Assembly: GCA_964252035.1 (NCBI GenBank)
Contig: CAXUOO010000113.1
Reading direction: 5' to 3' (one strand)
Origin: Podarcis erhardii
Taxonomy: Eukaryota
Length of the DNA: 54,943 nt
Made by a program: the position numbers and the translations under genes. Position 1 is the stretch's first letter. Each line of letters opens with the position of its first letter. Of this stretch, positions 1 through 13,547 are shown piece by piece. The notes beneath the pieces are model-generated. The model searched no databases, was not told the DNA's origin, and saw only the letters and a program-made list of their open reading frames with translations.

Positions 1-1940
1 GCTGCATGTCGCATGCCACCCCATCGCTAAATGCTTCTTCTTTCTTCTGCTCGATAAGCCGAAGAATTTGCGAGAGGATATATTTTTGTGTGGAATTCAA
101 CAAAGCTAGGTTGCTATCTGTGTGAGTGAGATTGCTGCGGGATATAGCGGTTGCTATTTCCAGCAATTGTTCCAATTCGTAAAAACGTTGTAGCTGAAGC
201 AGCTGAAACATCTTCACATGTAACGAAGCAGCAGCTTGCGAAACGCGTAGACGTCCACAATGAAGACATGCCTGCATGCAAACACGACATATCAGGAGAA
301 AGATTATGTGAAGAAAATGCAAAGAATCCTATATTGATCGTTTACTTTGTGTCCTCTAATATGTGTAGCAACACATTTACCCTCGATTTCAAAGCCGCGT
401 GTTCGACGCGAAGGCACTCACCAAAACCTATATATTTTTGACGTTGAAAGAGAAAGAGTATGAAGTCATTTGAACTCCTGTAGCTGCTGCATTACGGCTG
501 CTGTTCTAGTTATGCGACTGTGAAAACGCAGCAGCAATTCACGCGGCAGACGAATGCTTGAGATATCAGGGCGAGACAAACTTTTTACGAAGAATATACT
601 ACAAAGCATTCAAAAATCATACTAAGATTGAGGCGTAAAATAAAGAGTCAAAAGAAAAGCCTCTTCTTGCAAAAAAATCAGTGCAAATCAAAAGCACAAG
701 CACATCAACTCGCAGAATGGTAGAGAAAGAACACTTCTGTTGCATGACAAAATCTCAACGCAGCCCACAAAAAAGCACAAGAGACACCCTCATTGATGAA
801 GTTCATACTGAAATCCCAGCACGCCAACGTCGGAGACGGAGTTGAATAATATTTCAAAGAGCTAGCTAAATTCAAAGCATCTATAGATTCTCAACTCGAT
901 GATTCAACAGTGTTACACCAACTCGTTCCCGCATGCTCATCGTAGGATTGGAATAACTAACTTCAGTCATTATCCTCTTTTTGACTTTATGATTCAATCG
1001 TACTCTGGTGCAGACACTAACAACTATCTTCTGGATGGCTCATACCATGCTACTGAATTGCATGATCCACTTGTGTGCAGCTTCTACCAGACGTCGGTCA
1101 AATTCATATATCAACTAACTTCAAGCAACTTGCAAACGACTGCCAAAAAGGACGGCACATATTTCTGGACCAAAATAAGATGGATATTATTGTAACCGCA
1201 CCTGTCAAATCACTTCAGTGAAGTCTGTTGAATATACATAACATCCATTAAGTACAAAATGATGATCTCTACGACCATAAAAGTATAGACTGCAAAAAGC
1301 GGTGCCACCGCAGCAGCTATCAAGACCGAGTTCGTAGATACAGTATTTATAATGAATCTGGCAACTAGCACAGACTAATCAACGATTGACAGTCGCTGCG
1401 CATGTCCGCAAACACAGGAAGGCTGCGTAACATTCTCAACTCCTTAATGCAGCGCGCACCTGAGGTTCTAGGCAAATGCAGTCAAAAGTCACTTCATCTT
1501 TAACTTTTTTGCCTGGTAAGCAGGAGTGCTGTACAGATAACTAAGATTAATGGCAGAAGTTCCTGTCAAGGATATGTTTGAATATAAAGAAGAGCCCACC
1601 ACACACCTTGCGTGATGGGACGGAGCGCCGTACTAACACTGACAAGTGTTCCCCTTCATAATTAGCAACAAATTTACTGCAGTTACAGCACTATGGCTAT
1701 GCTCTGTTTCCAAGACTTCAACAGCATAACCTTATACTTTTTCATCCTTTCCAAAAATATATTGACAGACGGACTTTCCCGTTCAAGAGAGGATTATAAT
1801 CAGTATAGTTATCCCTCATTCACCAACATTTTCAGATCTACGGCCTCTGTTTTTGAACTTCAGACACTACACACACATTTCCCCTATTATCAGCCATTTC
1901 ACTAGGTAATCACATAAGGAAATTATTTTCAGATACCTAC
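1..1940 (-). other. Presumed downstream introns/exons of RPA1 (structure unresolved; gene continues off the left edge)
   Basis: The protein is far longer than exon 1, so it must continue leftwards. Splice-like signals are present (e.g. acceptor ttttggtccag near 1165), but I could not build a reliable exon chain by eye. Confidence 0.45.
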
Positions 1941-2297
1941 CAGCTTGAGCAATTTGACCAAAGAGGGCAAAAATACAGGCTGGAAGACTGGCAGACCAAG
2001 CTGTATGTAGCCCAGATGTCCGGGACAATCACTGCGACACCCACAAGTACCACATAAATCTCTACCGTCAAGGGTACCCAATCTTTTGTCGTAGAGGCCA
2101 CCGGCCACTGGCGGAGGAATACCAATCAAATGTGAAGACGCCTCTGTTGTCGCTGTTGAAGAATCCGTCACTTTTTCAAACACTTGTGCAGCTACGACTT
2201 TGCACGCGGAAATTGCTTGTATTTCCGCCGGGGAGTATACGTCAATACATGCGCTGTGCACTGCCGTGCAAATAACGCCATTTGCGTCATACATCAT
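1941..2297 (-). CDS. RPA1: RNA polymerase I largest subunit, first coding exon (partial gene)
   Basis: Translation MMYDANG...DVYSPAEIQAISACKV...GGLYDKRLGTLDGRDLCGTCGCRSDCPGHLGYIQLGLPVFQPVFLPSLVKLLKL carries the zinc-binding CxxC...CPGHxGxIxL motif of multisubunit RNAP largest subunits. GLYD and PV(F/Y)xP favour Pol I over Pol II/III. It ends at a phase-0 donor CTG|GTAGGT at 1940. The start at 2297 rather than 2393 is inferred from homology. Confidence 0.8.
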
Positions 2298-2589
2298 GCC
2301 GAAAAAGATAAAAGTGCGCAGAAAAAGGCACTCAACATTCGAACGCGATATGTAGTCGGAAAAGTCCAGCAAGGGTCTTTGTTTAGGGTTCAAAAGCTGG
2401 AAGAGTTAAACACAGCGTCGCATCACTCTCCATTAACAAATTGGCGTCGGCACAAAAGAGCATAGATTGAGCCACGGTGTCAATACGTATGCAAAGAAGT
2501 TTAATAAGAAGTTTGATTAAGGAGACACGCCTTCGATAAGGTAGTCCTACCGAGGATATTGAAAGAAGTTGCCGGCGCTTTTCAGCAAA
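2298..2589. promoter_or_regulatory. Candidate divergent (bidirectional) promoter region
   Basis: 292 bp between the RPA1 ATG (2297, minus) and a plus-strand ATG at 2590 in a GCAAAATG context (MSQAEAKATDPQ...). Inferred from layout only. Confidence 0.3.
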
Positions 2590-3280
2590 ATGTCTCAAGC
2601 TGAAGCAAAAGCAACAGATCCTCAGTCAGTCAATGCATGCTTTGCTTCCAAATATATTGTATTCAAATCAAAAGTTTACTTAAATCAGTTACAAATGCTT
2701 ATTCTCAAGAGAAGTCATGTGGCGAGTCACAGAAACTTTTTTCTGACACACATACAGAGAGCACGTGGAAAATAAGTGGTCAAACGTTTTTTTCCGTCTC
2801 AGCCCTATAGTATAACAACGGAAGTGCTTGATAAAACGTGATTCTTCGAAACTATGTCTGTCCGGAAGTGAGTTCATCTTCACCGTGAGAAAGGAACAGT
2901 ATCCTCTCAGACGGCAGCTGTCCGTGAGGTAAGAACGTGAAGAAGAGTTCTACTATTCTACAGTCTCTGAATTTTGAAGAAATTGCAGCTTTGGGTGTAA
3001 TTTTGGAAAGCAAAGTCGTGCCCGTTCCGTACAGTCTCAGGAAGAAAAGGCATAATCAATCCATCTTGTCTCAGCGGTGCACCCGTCACTCAAGGGAAAA
3101 CGCGCCAGACATGCTGGAATGGTGAAGTTCTTTCTATGCGAAAGAGAAAGCAAACCTGCTTCGTCGGATCAACTGCTACAAGGATATACACAACAGATAA
3201 TTAGCTCCATATCGACAATGCCACAGCTGAAAAAAAATTATATACATGTGTATAAACGTAATTTATTCAGATCTAAATAA

Positions 3281-3571
3281 TCTAGAGACACATGTAAGCG
3301 TCCCCGACGGATATTCTGTCGAATCGATGAAGAACGTAGGAAGTTCAAACTAGTACTAAGTAGATTTGATTCCGAAAAAAATTATAGTCGACAAATGCAA
3401 TTTAAGCTTCTGCTCACACACTTCCGAGTTCGAGAGAACGCCATAATACTTTATGCAGTTCTACGTAGTCACAGGTCAGCACTTGCGTCCGACTGGAATT
3501 TGATCACGGACGAGGAAGACTTCTATGAAAATTATTTTAGAGCTTGTAGATTTGCTGAAGGACGCGCGTAG
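3281..3571 (+). CDS. Candidate coding exon, hypothetical protein
   Basis: 96 stop-free codons (SRDTCKRPRRIFCRIDEERRKFKLVLSRF...DWNLITDEEDFYENYFRACRFAEGRA*) ending TAG at 3569-3571. Not in the ORF track because it has no early start codon. No family recognised. Confidence 0.3.
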   Translation, partial: SRDTCKRPRRIFCRIDEERRKFKLVLSRFDSEKNYSRQMQFKLLLTHFRVRENAIILYAVLRSHRSALASDWNLITDEEDFYENYFRACRFAEGRA

Positions 3572-3684
3572 CATCGACGTTTTTTGAGGCGGCCTTGCAT
3601 CACAGCGTGGGTGGGGGGCACGCAGGAAATTCTGCATGCAAAGAACTCGCGTGAAGAATCAGATTGTCCACGTCTGCCAGTTTA

Positions 3685-5122
3685 TCACGTAAGATACAGT
3701 CGTAACTTTTCAGAGTTCGTACGACGGCATTCTTTTCCTAATCTAATCAGGCTTCGAAACTTTGCGGATACTACGCGTTGCGGGCTTGGTGTCGGGGAGA
3801 AGGTGCCAGTACGCTCCTTTGACGATATATGTGTACTGGTATCGATAGCTGATTGTAAAAGATCTTCTCTACCGTTAAACTTCACGAATGTATGTATGCT
3901 TATAGACACGTGGCTGCCGTGATACAAGGAGCGCAAGTGATTCAGCGCAAGATCAAATTCAGACACAGCAAACCCATATCTATGTGGCGAGTCTGTGCAA
4001 CGGTGGTTGGACGATACAGTGCGTGCGGCTCTGCTAAATTCGTACAGGTGCTCACTTAAGTCTAAACATACATATAGAGGTCAGGATTACGCTGTATTTA
4101 GCGTACTGACAACTTTCTCTTAGAAGATACATAGATATTCGATAAGGTTCACAGGTGTTTCTGAGATTTCCTGTCTAACGTTGTGGTCGTCATGTGGACT
4201 TGAGTAAACTTGTAGCCGATTCTGCTGTTGACAACGCGCAGCACATTTCAAAATACTACGTAGCACTCTATCATAATATATATACTAATCGACGCTATCG
4301 ATTAAATCTGTTGCGCGCCTTGATGTAAGTCTCTTTCGAAACATTGGATGATATAGCCTTATTATAATTATGATATGTTTCAACGGTTCAACACGTACAC
4401 ACTTCTGTATCTACATACATGCAATAATCAGTCAAAAAATTTGGGTAAAACATGATCTCTTACTCTCTCGCCAGTAAACCAAGCAAGTTAATTCCTCATT
4501 GAAGAGGCAGATACTGACTTGTATGAAACCCGTGATATATGCTCCGAGCACAACTCGACGCTCATAGGATATTTGCTGAGAAGCGTTCTTTTCCCGGCTG
4601 AACAACAGATCTTTCTCCTGAAGTGAAATTTTATTAATGCTATACATTCTCTCCATTTCGTGGTACTCGTTGAAAGTATCTTGATCTTTATCTGCTATGC
4701 TTCTGTAAACTTCGACAACGCCTACTCAAAGTTCAGCTGTTCCATCTCAAACTAGAATCGAATTAGAGACACTTTTCATGAACTTTATGCGCATTTTTGA
4801 TGCAGTTTTTCGACAGAAGTCCAGATCTGCAACAGTTGTCAAAATGTAAACTATTTCTGGAACAATCATCCGGATGCTAGATTGTGTAAGCGGGAAAGTA
4901 CAAACGTAGATTTGTACGCCTGCTAGCAAGAAATCTTTTGCTTAAGACATAATCCTGCACACTTTCGTTGACAAAAAAATGAATATAAGGCATGTATGAC
5001 AATCCTTATTAGCTCGGTAATGAAAAAAGTGGTGGTGGCATCTAGTAGAATTTGCTCCAGCATTCAGGGAGTATACAAATTATGTACGGTGTACTCATTC
5101 ATACATGAACGTATATCTGGAC

Positions 5123-5159
<37 letters not shown>

Positions 5160-6492
5160 TGTTTCTCTATCTATGTAATCACGTACGTAAATATAAACAC
5201 AGCTCTAAAAAGCATACTGAAAGAAAAATTTTATCGAGCGAACGATGGACTATAATAAGAAGCCTCATAAATATTGACAGTAGAAAGTGCAGTGGTGCGT
5301 TAACGTAAGATCGATCTTTTTGTTTACACGTAGATGATCGTACACACACGTCAAGTACAAAAGAACAAATTGCCTTCTGTGGATGTGTGGAATGTGTCTT
5401 TGTACCGGTCGATTTTACGTAGACAGGCTTGACGCAAGATCAATCTCGCCCCAGTTTGAGTAGAGCTTTTGTAGGCCAGCAATTTCGCAAGAGAAAAGTT
5501 ATTTTTTGTAGCTTTTCTCAAACTCTTAGAGTGCCACAATGCTTTGCAGCTCAAAAATCAAGACTAGAGTGCTTCATGATGAATATCAAATGAGTTCCCC
5601 ATTGAGCATGTTGCACATTGTGTAGGATATTACAAAGGGCTGTACCATGGCGCGTGAAGTAATTGAATGTGAACCCCTTGCGAAACATACTAGGCGAAAA
5701 AAAGTAATCAATTTACCTACCCAGTACATGCAATTTAATTCCTGAATCCTTGGACGAAAGAAAATATACTCCAACCATTGTGCTGAGGCGTTTTCCTTCT
5801 TTTTCATAGCCCATATCCTGCTCTGGGGTTTGAATTAGAAAATGGTGTCCATCAGCGCCACCTTCTTTGCACTATTCGGGTATAACAGTGCCAAGTTGTT
5901 GCTTCTGCGAAAGTTAGTGTGGCTCACATATAAATCATTTGGAAGAGGGACTGTCCCACAAACGGGCGTTGTTCACCGTAAAACCGCATATTTCATAGTC
6001 AATTGCATAAATTAAGCAGCGGCTGATCTTATAACCTTCGGAAAGGTGATGCAGCAGCTCAGAGGGTTTGAGTTTTCACCGATAAGTTGCTGCGTGAGAG
6101 TCACAAGCACATTTTTTTTCAACCATGCGTGGACGTCAGTGTCTTCAAAACCACGCAAATGTACCTAACTAGGGTCACGCAGGACTTTAGTTCATATTGT
6201 TCAATATTCGATCACTATCCGGAAAAGCTCTTGTACCTTTGGGCGCAACAGAACTGTACGCGAAAATTTCAGGTTTGCTGCAATGAAGGTCATAAGGGGT
6301 TCATCACGATAATTGATGAATTGATCTAAAAAGACATGAAGCTATCCAGGAGCGATGAGACTTGGTTTTGTCGACGTGGACGAAAAGGTAACCAAGATGG
6401 CCTTTCTTTTCGATTGCTACCGCCCTATGCATGAAGCCTGTGTATAAACACTAGATGAGGGAAAGGTACCTTAACAGGGCTGCATTGTTATA

Positions 6493-6526
<34 letters not shown>

Positions 6527-9100
6527 CCAGTTAACCTTACTGGTACGCAAAAATGTAATCTACGCTCAAACTTCTAATTATCTGCCGGCACATGCTGACT
6601 GTGATACTCGCTTTAGTACACAGAATACGCTTAAGCCTTGTTTAGAGAATTACTCGCTCAATTTGCTCGTTCGAAACCACACGTCGTAACTCACGGCTGC
6701 AGGTGTGAACATTCAAGGCGAAGCGCAGACGTTTTCTGGAATGCGCATGAAAGTCTAGAATTCATGAAGTGTCGTGTGCAAGGTTGCACGCCTTCGTACT
6801 GTTCCTTGTGTTGCGTCTATTCCTCCTGAAATGAGCGTCTACTTTTCTAGGCAAAAACCTTGAAATGCTTTTTTTTTAGAAGACAATAGAGTCCTTATAT
6901 ACATATATATATATATATATGAAGGGCAAGCGAATTCTCAGACGCTAAGTATGCAGGTCGCAAGTTCTAGAGACGCATCAAAATTACACATTTGAAAAAT
7001 ACTATTTCAGCTGTATAGACACATGGTATAATAGACTATACTGCTAATGTGAATTCTCTGGCAGACAACCCTGCTGGTATGGATTGCATACGCTTGATCA
7101 GTTGCGTCTTATTATTATGCTTTATGTTAGCACTCTGCCCCAAAATCGCAGCAGTTAAAAAAACAATCTACATGGTGGTTGGGCTCTTCGCCTCAAATAT
7201 ATGTGGATTACATGCAGGTACATATATATATATATATGTATATATATCTATCTATATTGAGATATAGAGAGACAGGATGGTCAGGTAGAAAGAGAGAGAT
7301 ACAAAAAGCTAGAACCGGCACTTTTGATTGCGTAAATGCTATCGTGGATTCTTCTGCGGCGCAGCGGGTGCGTCGTGCTTATCTTTGCGTAATGCTGTAC
7401 CCAAACATAGGGGCTTGTCCCTACACGGGGCTCGACCCAGTTGCGCAGTGGGACAAGCAATCTCATTTCCGTGCCATGTGTGCATACGGAAGCTGGTTGT
7501 GAGATTCCAACTGGACGAAAAAGCTTGCAACAGCAATAAATATTTGTTGGAAAAGCAACGTTGATTACACATATTGATATATGTATATATATATATATAT
7601 ATATATGGTATTGTAACTAGCTTCTGACCCTGACAGAACTATATAATTCTACTGATTGTACAGCGCAGTTTCATCTGTAAAGAGCTCCAACAGTTGCTTC
7701 AGTGAACGAGAAACAGTCTGCATTTTTGCAAATATGTTTCTCAAGTACCATAGTTGCTGGCTAGATGCATTGCGAAGACGCCTAATTTGAGAGCAAGAAT
7801 CATCTTTATGGTCTTGATCTGCTGCATACACAAAGTAGACTACTGCCGACTTGAATGTCAGGCTAATTCGCAGAAATCTGACCAGACAGCCCTCTACTAT
7901 TCAAAATTTGTTGTGAAACCTTGCGTCTAATCTTCGAAGTTTATGTGCCATGATAATAACTATTCAGATTTTTATTCCTAATTCCCCCTATATGTAAATG
8001 AAAAAATGATCACCAGGTAAAAAACTGCAGCAATGGCAAGTGGTGCTTGCGTTGTTGTCTAGAATTTTTTCGACTGCCAGTATCGTGCATTGCAACAAAG
8101 ACACTATCGCGCTTTCCTTTCAGACAAGAATTGTTGTGAAGACTGGACACAGGATTCCCGTACTAGACATTGGTCAACTTTCTGAAGTTTGAGCATCGCT
8201 CCTGCAACACGTCCAACAGTATAGAAAACACTTGCCGAACTGGGAGTACCCTTTGGGGTCTGCCAGTGCTTCGGAAATCAATTATAAAACAAAGAATAAG
8301 AGGAAATATATATTTTGTGCACTGATTCGTTTACAGGCGTCAAGCACCCTTAAAAATACTCTCAAACCATTTCAAACACCCCGTGCGAAACAATCGTTGA
8401 CTTAACTTTCTTGCTTCACGTCACCCTATAAACTGAATGACATTCTGTGACGTTTCAAGCGACTGAAGCTGTTCGTAAGCAGTTGCGATTGACGGGGCTA
8501 AACATACAGAAGCATTCAAAGAACCAATTCCAATTTGATTGGAAGATGTTAACAATCCCTCCTATGTTGACGAAGTTTGCAGTTGCCGCCTGCGGAACTA
8601 CAAATCATCCAAGTCCCAGTCCAAATTGAAAGGTTCTATTCCCATCAACATTTTAAGCAAATGGAGCCGCCGCTCACTTGCTTGTACTCTGTAGCTCATA
8701 TGATCATTCACAGTTTGGGAGACGTCGGTACCGTATGGCTCTACAGAACGTGCAGCGTAGCGCTCGAGAAGCAGACAAAAAAAAAAAGAATTGTTTCAAT
8801 TTCCAATTCGCACTCAACGAGAAGGCAATCTTTTCCAAACGAGCCCAAATCTCATTTCACGTAATAAGTTTTTTGATTGAGTAGAACCATGTTTTGAATT
8901 CGATTTTCTCTCGGACTTTCTTTGTTGTCTCGTAACTTCTGTCTCTGTCGTCCTGATTGTCCCAACCAGCATAGCTGAAGCGAATGTGCTGCATGGGAAG
9001 TTCGATGCTTGGTAGTGACATTTTCCGCAGCGGACGCTGTGTGAACACTCAATTCAGGATCTACCATATCTTCTTTTGCCATTAACCGAGTAAGCACCAA
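3685..9100 (-). CDS. Multi-exon protein-coding gene(s), hypothetical; exon chain only partly supported
   Basis: Open segments bounded by AG/GT: 6237-6325 (DQFINYRDEPLMTF...LLRPK), 6036-6164 (VHLRGFEDTDVHAW...ITFPK; in frame across a 72-nt intron), 4519-4721 (VVEVYRSIADKDQ...TGFIQ), and a terminal exon 3685-4061 ending TGA followed by TAA. Further open stretches lie near 7655-7900, 8420-8745 and 8850-9100. May be more than one gene; no domain recognised. Confidence 0.4.
5123..5157. repeat. (TA)n microsatellite with CA interruption
   Basis: Direct reading. Confidence 0.95.
6489..6526. repeat. (TA)n microsatellite, probably filling a short minus-strand intron (6480-6540, GTAAGG...ATGCAG)
   Basis: Direct reading; the flanking splice-like signals are inferred. 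Confidence 0.9.
6897..6920. repeat. (TA)n microsatellite
   Basis: Direct reading. Confidence 0.9.
7219..7257. repeat. (TA)n/(TCTA) microsatellite
   Basis: Direct reading. Confidence 0.9.
7577..7606. repeat. (TA)n microsatellite
   Basis: Direct reading. Confidence 0.9.
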
Positions 9101-12100
9101 AAAGTCTGTTCAACTTCACTGCTGCTTCGGTTCACTTGAGGTGAAACATGCATTATTTGTTCATTCAAGCAGTTCAGGACAAATAATATCAATCCCGGCA
9201 TGACATACGCTTCTCACGTACACTTGCTCTTGAAAAGTACAGTCCACAGCTGAACCTTGCAAGGCACTATATATCGAAGATTCACATATTCAGGTAAGAG
9301 TCGAGGAGAGCACGCAGATGTGTAGCTCCTATACGATTGCGATTCGGATACGCTGCCCGTCAGTCTATGACTAGAAATGAATGTACTTTTAAGTAGTGAA
9401 TAAACAACTTACAGGAGATCTACGCTTTTATCAAACCGCAGGTCAGTTTTCTGCAGGGATTTATGCGTACTTGACGACAGACTTTGACTTTACCGAAGCC
9501 GCGGAACCGGAAATTGCATCACACGGGAGAATCTGTTCCAAATTAACTAGTATCAGCAGCAATTCAACAACAAATCTGTGAACAAGCGCCTCTCGTATCT
9601 CGAGTGTTATCGAGTGTTTACTTCTTGTTTTAGATTGCGCCCAACATTTTATAGTACCCTCGCATTTTGCGAATTGAGATGCGTGCACCTTGTCGTCCTC
9701 TCTCTACTATCTTTAAAGTTCACCAAATAGAAGCTTCTCAACTGTGGAATGTGCACCACTTCTAAGCCGACTGTGAAAATTAGCGTAAGGTGATATCATC
9801 GCCTAGTTGTACTATAACTTTTTGCGATTATGCTTAACATTGCCTCATAATGAGCTGCTTTCACTTTCATGTGTGTTAAATAATGTTATTAGAAGCTGTG
9901 GATCCAGCATGCTGTACGGCGTATACGCATTAGTGAAGCGTGCCTATTTTTTTACAGGGAATTTGATGTAGTTTTGTGTCTCCAGAGGTGAAATAGTGGA
10001 ACAGCAGGCTATCTTTCCCTACTGTGACGTTTGGCATTCACCCACAAGCGTCAAAAAATCATGTGAGAAGTTAGAGAAGAGGAGTGACGGACGAGCAGCT
10101 TCGTAGTAGCACAGAGAGTTCGCGCACTCCAATCTCGACGTGCACATGCTATCAATGATATAAAACTAGAAAAAAGATCGCGGCGAGAGCTATGCGGAGG
10201 GATAAAGTACTGCTGCTCAGAACTTTACGTGTTAGCCAGTCTGAGGAGTGAATCTGGAACATGAAATATTGCGAAGAGTGCGACGTTGTTTACCTGCTGC
10301 CGCACCAGGCATGCAAATTCTGGCTCGTCGCGCACATGTCGACTTGATCTGATGAAGGTAGCGCAAGAACATTTTCGCACTAGTTGAATCAAGTACGCCG
10401 ACAATATTCATTCAGGTTTTCTAATTCAATAATGCGGCCTCATATAACAAACGAACACCCCGCCGTCCTCCAATGCACTTCACTTTCTCTCGTCGCTGTT
10501 CTACCATAAGAAATCGTACACATCTTTGATCACACGACACCAAGCAGATACCTTAAGCAATCGTCCTCAAGTTTTCGCTTGTATCCATTTCTATGTTATC
10601 AGTTTGGGGCATGCATGAAGTTGAAAGCTCTTGAATGTCCTTCAACAAAACTCAATTTCCCCTCCACCTAGGAACAGATCAACTGATTTGTTCAACTTCG
10701 CAATCGTTTTACTTTGCTTTCCTAAATCTGTAGTCTTCGTATAGCGATCAATCATGGTATCTACAATGATAATTTGGCGTAAGGAAGTCTCTTCTGGGCA
10801 AAATAGATAGCTTCGTTGTGCCGCAAGGCGCGAAGATATCTTGATTTGGAATTGCCTACAAACCAAGTAGGTTATTCAAAAGCGACTGAGTTGAAAAAGC
10901 CAGAAAAATTCTCTACCCAGTAAACCGCTTATATATTATGGAAAGAAGCTGTTACGTCTGGTGAAGCTGTTGCAGTATTGATGTTCCAGGTGAGACTCAC
11001 GATAGCGACGTGAGCAGGAACTACTGTTCAACGTGTAATCTCAGAGTCGTCCGAGTTCCTCGGGTTTCTGAGGTACGCAGGCTCTGATACATACACTAAT
11101 AATTTATACAAAACCTGACCCCACAGCCGGCAATAGATAAGTCACTTCTTCACTATCATGAGATGCTTTTAATAGTAGATCATTACACTCTCACAGTTAG
11201 TATCATTCTACCTTTAACGAGCACTAGCGTTGAGCATGCCCTTAGCGACAACAGCTGTAAAGTGTCACACGCTACATCTGCAAAGCTCAATACGAATAAA
11301 GGTATGGAGACTTCTAACCAGGGCTCATGCATCCTCAACAGGGAAGTTTCTACACACTGTATGGTAGAATGTGATGTATGATGCAAAACTGTCCAGAAAG
11401 GTGTATGTTTTCTGCTGTATCACTGTAAATAAAATTACCCACCTATGATGTGTATACTGGGGAGGTTTGCAGTTAGCTCATATATAGAGCGTAAATTGGT
11501 ATGTGACGCATTGAAAGCGTAGTCCACGCTTCATCGCTCCTAAATGTTTTTGTGTGTCTTTCAGCTTCTTTACCTCCTTTTCCTCGGTAGAATCACCATC
11601 TCGAGTGTCTGTGATCTAAGGACACGTATAAGTGCAACTTTGGATCAGATAGCTTTTACACGTGTCTTCAAGGCTCAGTTGAATTACTTGAAAGAATAGC
11701 TTCCAGAATTGCAACAAGTTCGCACATGATTTATAAATGAAGAGGCCATTGAGCAAGCCATGTGTTAGTAGCATCATCCTTTAAACTAGCCAATTATTCT
11801 TATGAAGGTCTAGCCTTGTTTATGAAGCGGCAACGAGTTTTTTCCCGCTTGGTGGGATCAAAATGTCATGTAAAATCAAAGAGCTGACAATTCTTCTGAC
11901 ATTGAATTTATTTTGCTCAAAACAAGCTTCAAGCTTATTGTAACATGAAAACACACAAATATTCGCTTGAGCAAGCCTTAGTTTATTTTCAAATGTAGAT
12001 AATAAGCATATTCCAACACTTCATTATGAAATGACTGCCCACCAACGCATACCGAATGCTGCGAAAAAAAATTTAAGATAAGCGTATAGCACTTCGTGAA

Positions 12101-12220
12101 AAAGTGTATATTCTTTACCGTTCTTTGATCGCAGAGCTGCACGCCATTCTCTATAGGTAGCTCTCATGTACTATTCCAAGTTAAGTTTCAAGAATATGCC
12201 GTTTTCTGTTTTTGCGGCAG

Positions 12221-12453
12221 GATGGATTGCAGCGTTTATTTGAATCGAAGCAGCAAAGAAAAAGGATTGCCGAATTGAAGGAGGAATTTTTTTTTCTCAG
12301 CATTTTAGGTATACGGAGCACGCCGCGCGTATGAAAACAAATCTATATAGCTCCTGATATCGGTACATCCAACCATACTCTGGGAGGTCCAAGCCCACCG
12401 CCAAAAGAGAAAACGCAGTCACCTCTTGTGGAAACGCTTGAAGCAAATGAAAG
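12221..12453 (+). CDS. Candidate coding exon pair, hypothetical protein
   Basis: Strong acceptor tttttgcggcag| (12220) and donor AAG|GTAAGT (12453). One frame reads DGLQRLFESKQQRKRIAELKEEFFFLSIL...APDIGTSNHTLGGPSPPPKEKTQSPLVETLEANE if an in-frame 42-nt GT-AG intron (12309-12350) containing a TGA is removed. Confidence 0.3.
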
Positions 12454-12867
12454 GTAAGTTCTGCAGTTGCCGCTGTTGCGTGGTAGAAACTTCGCGCCTT
12501 ACAATGCTCGTATCTACCTCCTTACGTACGGCAGTATTTCTTCCAATCCAGTATAATAAAAAAAATTTACAACCTACAGCGGATATTTTTATCTCTTCAG
12601 GTAGCGAGAAGCGTTTATCAGACTTCTACTAGAGGAAATGGATTCACTTTGTCAAGTAGTAGCATTCATACACTGCTACTGTCAAGTTATTTATGTGGAT
12701 GTACCCAATAGATTTCATATGTTTTAAGGTATGAATGCTCATACAATTTGAGCTGTGCCGTATGCCGGTACTTGTATTGACGTAAAAGTAAACCACATTA
12801 TGAATCAGCCATTATTTGCATGCTTAATGTATCTAATTATGCAGATTTTTATACATATATGTGGGTG

Positions 12868-12900
<33 letters not shown>

Positions 12901-12905
12901 GTATA
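12868..12905. repeat. (TA)n microsatellite
   Basis: Direct reading. Confidence 0.95.
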
Positions 12906-13506
12906 GCTAAGAATATGCATCTTGTATGGTTCTGCAGTAATCGTTGTTGTGTGTTCTCTAATCACGGCGTGTAGCAGATAAGTGTTGAATTCGTACTTTT
13001 CTGCAAGTAGTAGACATTTCGAATTGCTCACAGTGATTTGTGTGGATAAGCTTGGCAGTGGGCCTGAGATTACAGCTGCATTTCTCTCACTACCTGCTTT
13101 TTCAGGTATATTCACTGTCGACGACGCCAATCAGACAGCAGCAACAAACGTTTTTTCTGTGAGCACACAACTCTCCAGAGCCATTGTGTGCCAGAAGCTC
13201 CACGGAAGATCCTGAACGAAATTCTAGGAAGTGAAGTTGAGGTTTTTGTGGACATTTGAGTACAAGTTCCCATAATGTATAGAGCTATCACTTCGCTGCT
13301 TCAGTGGCAAAGTGGACAGGACGAACAGAAGACTACTTTAAGTGTGCTATGTGATTGCCACTCCCTTGACTATTGCAAAACCTTACGCCACGTCTATATA
13401 GCTGGATATTATACCAAATTTCACACGCTTTCGAAGAAGAAGTAGAACGCACGATAGCTGCGCAAATGCTCAACTTTACCTGTATGCACAGAATTTTGCA
13501 TGCAAG

Positions 13507-13542
13507 TATACATATATATACAATATATATATATATATATAT
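13507..13542. repeat. (TA)n microsatellite
   Basis: Direct reading. Confidence 0.9.
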
Positions 13543-13547
13543 TTTGT

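Noticed and set aside
1860-1885. C-V-TAG-C as the second zinc pair of RPA1
   Set aside because: No AG acceptor places it in the expected register after exon 1, and the downstream frame has stops at background density.
2380-2392. TTTAGGG telomeric repeat
   Set aside because: Single occurrence; no telomeric array anywhere in the window.
5905-5927. 23-nt micro-intron GTGAGC..CTAAC..TTTCGCAG (minus strand)
   Set aside because: No convincing open frame upstream joins through it; more likely the 3' end of a longer intron.
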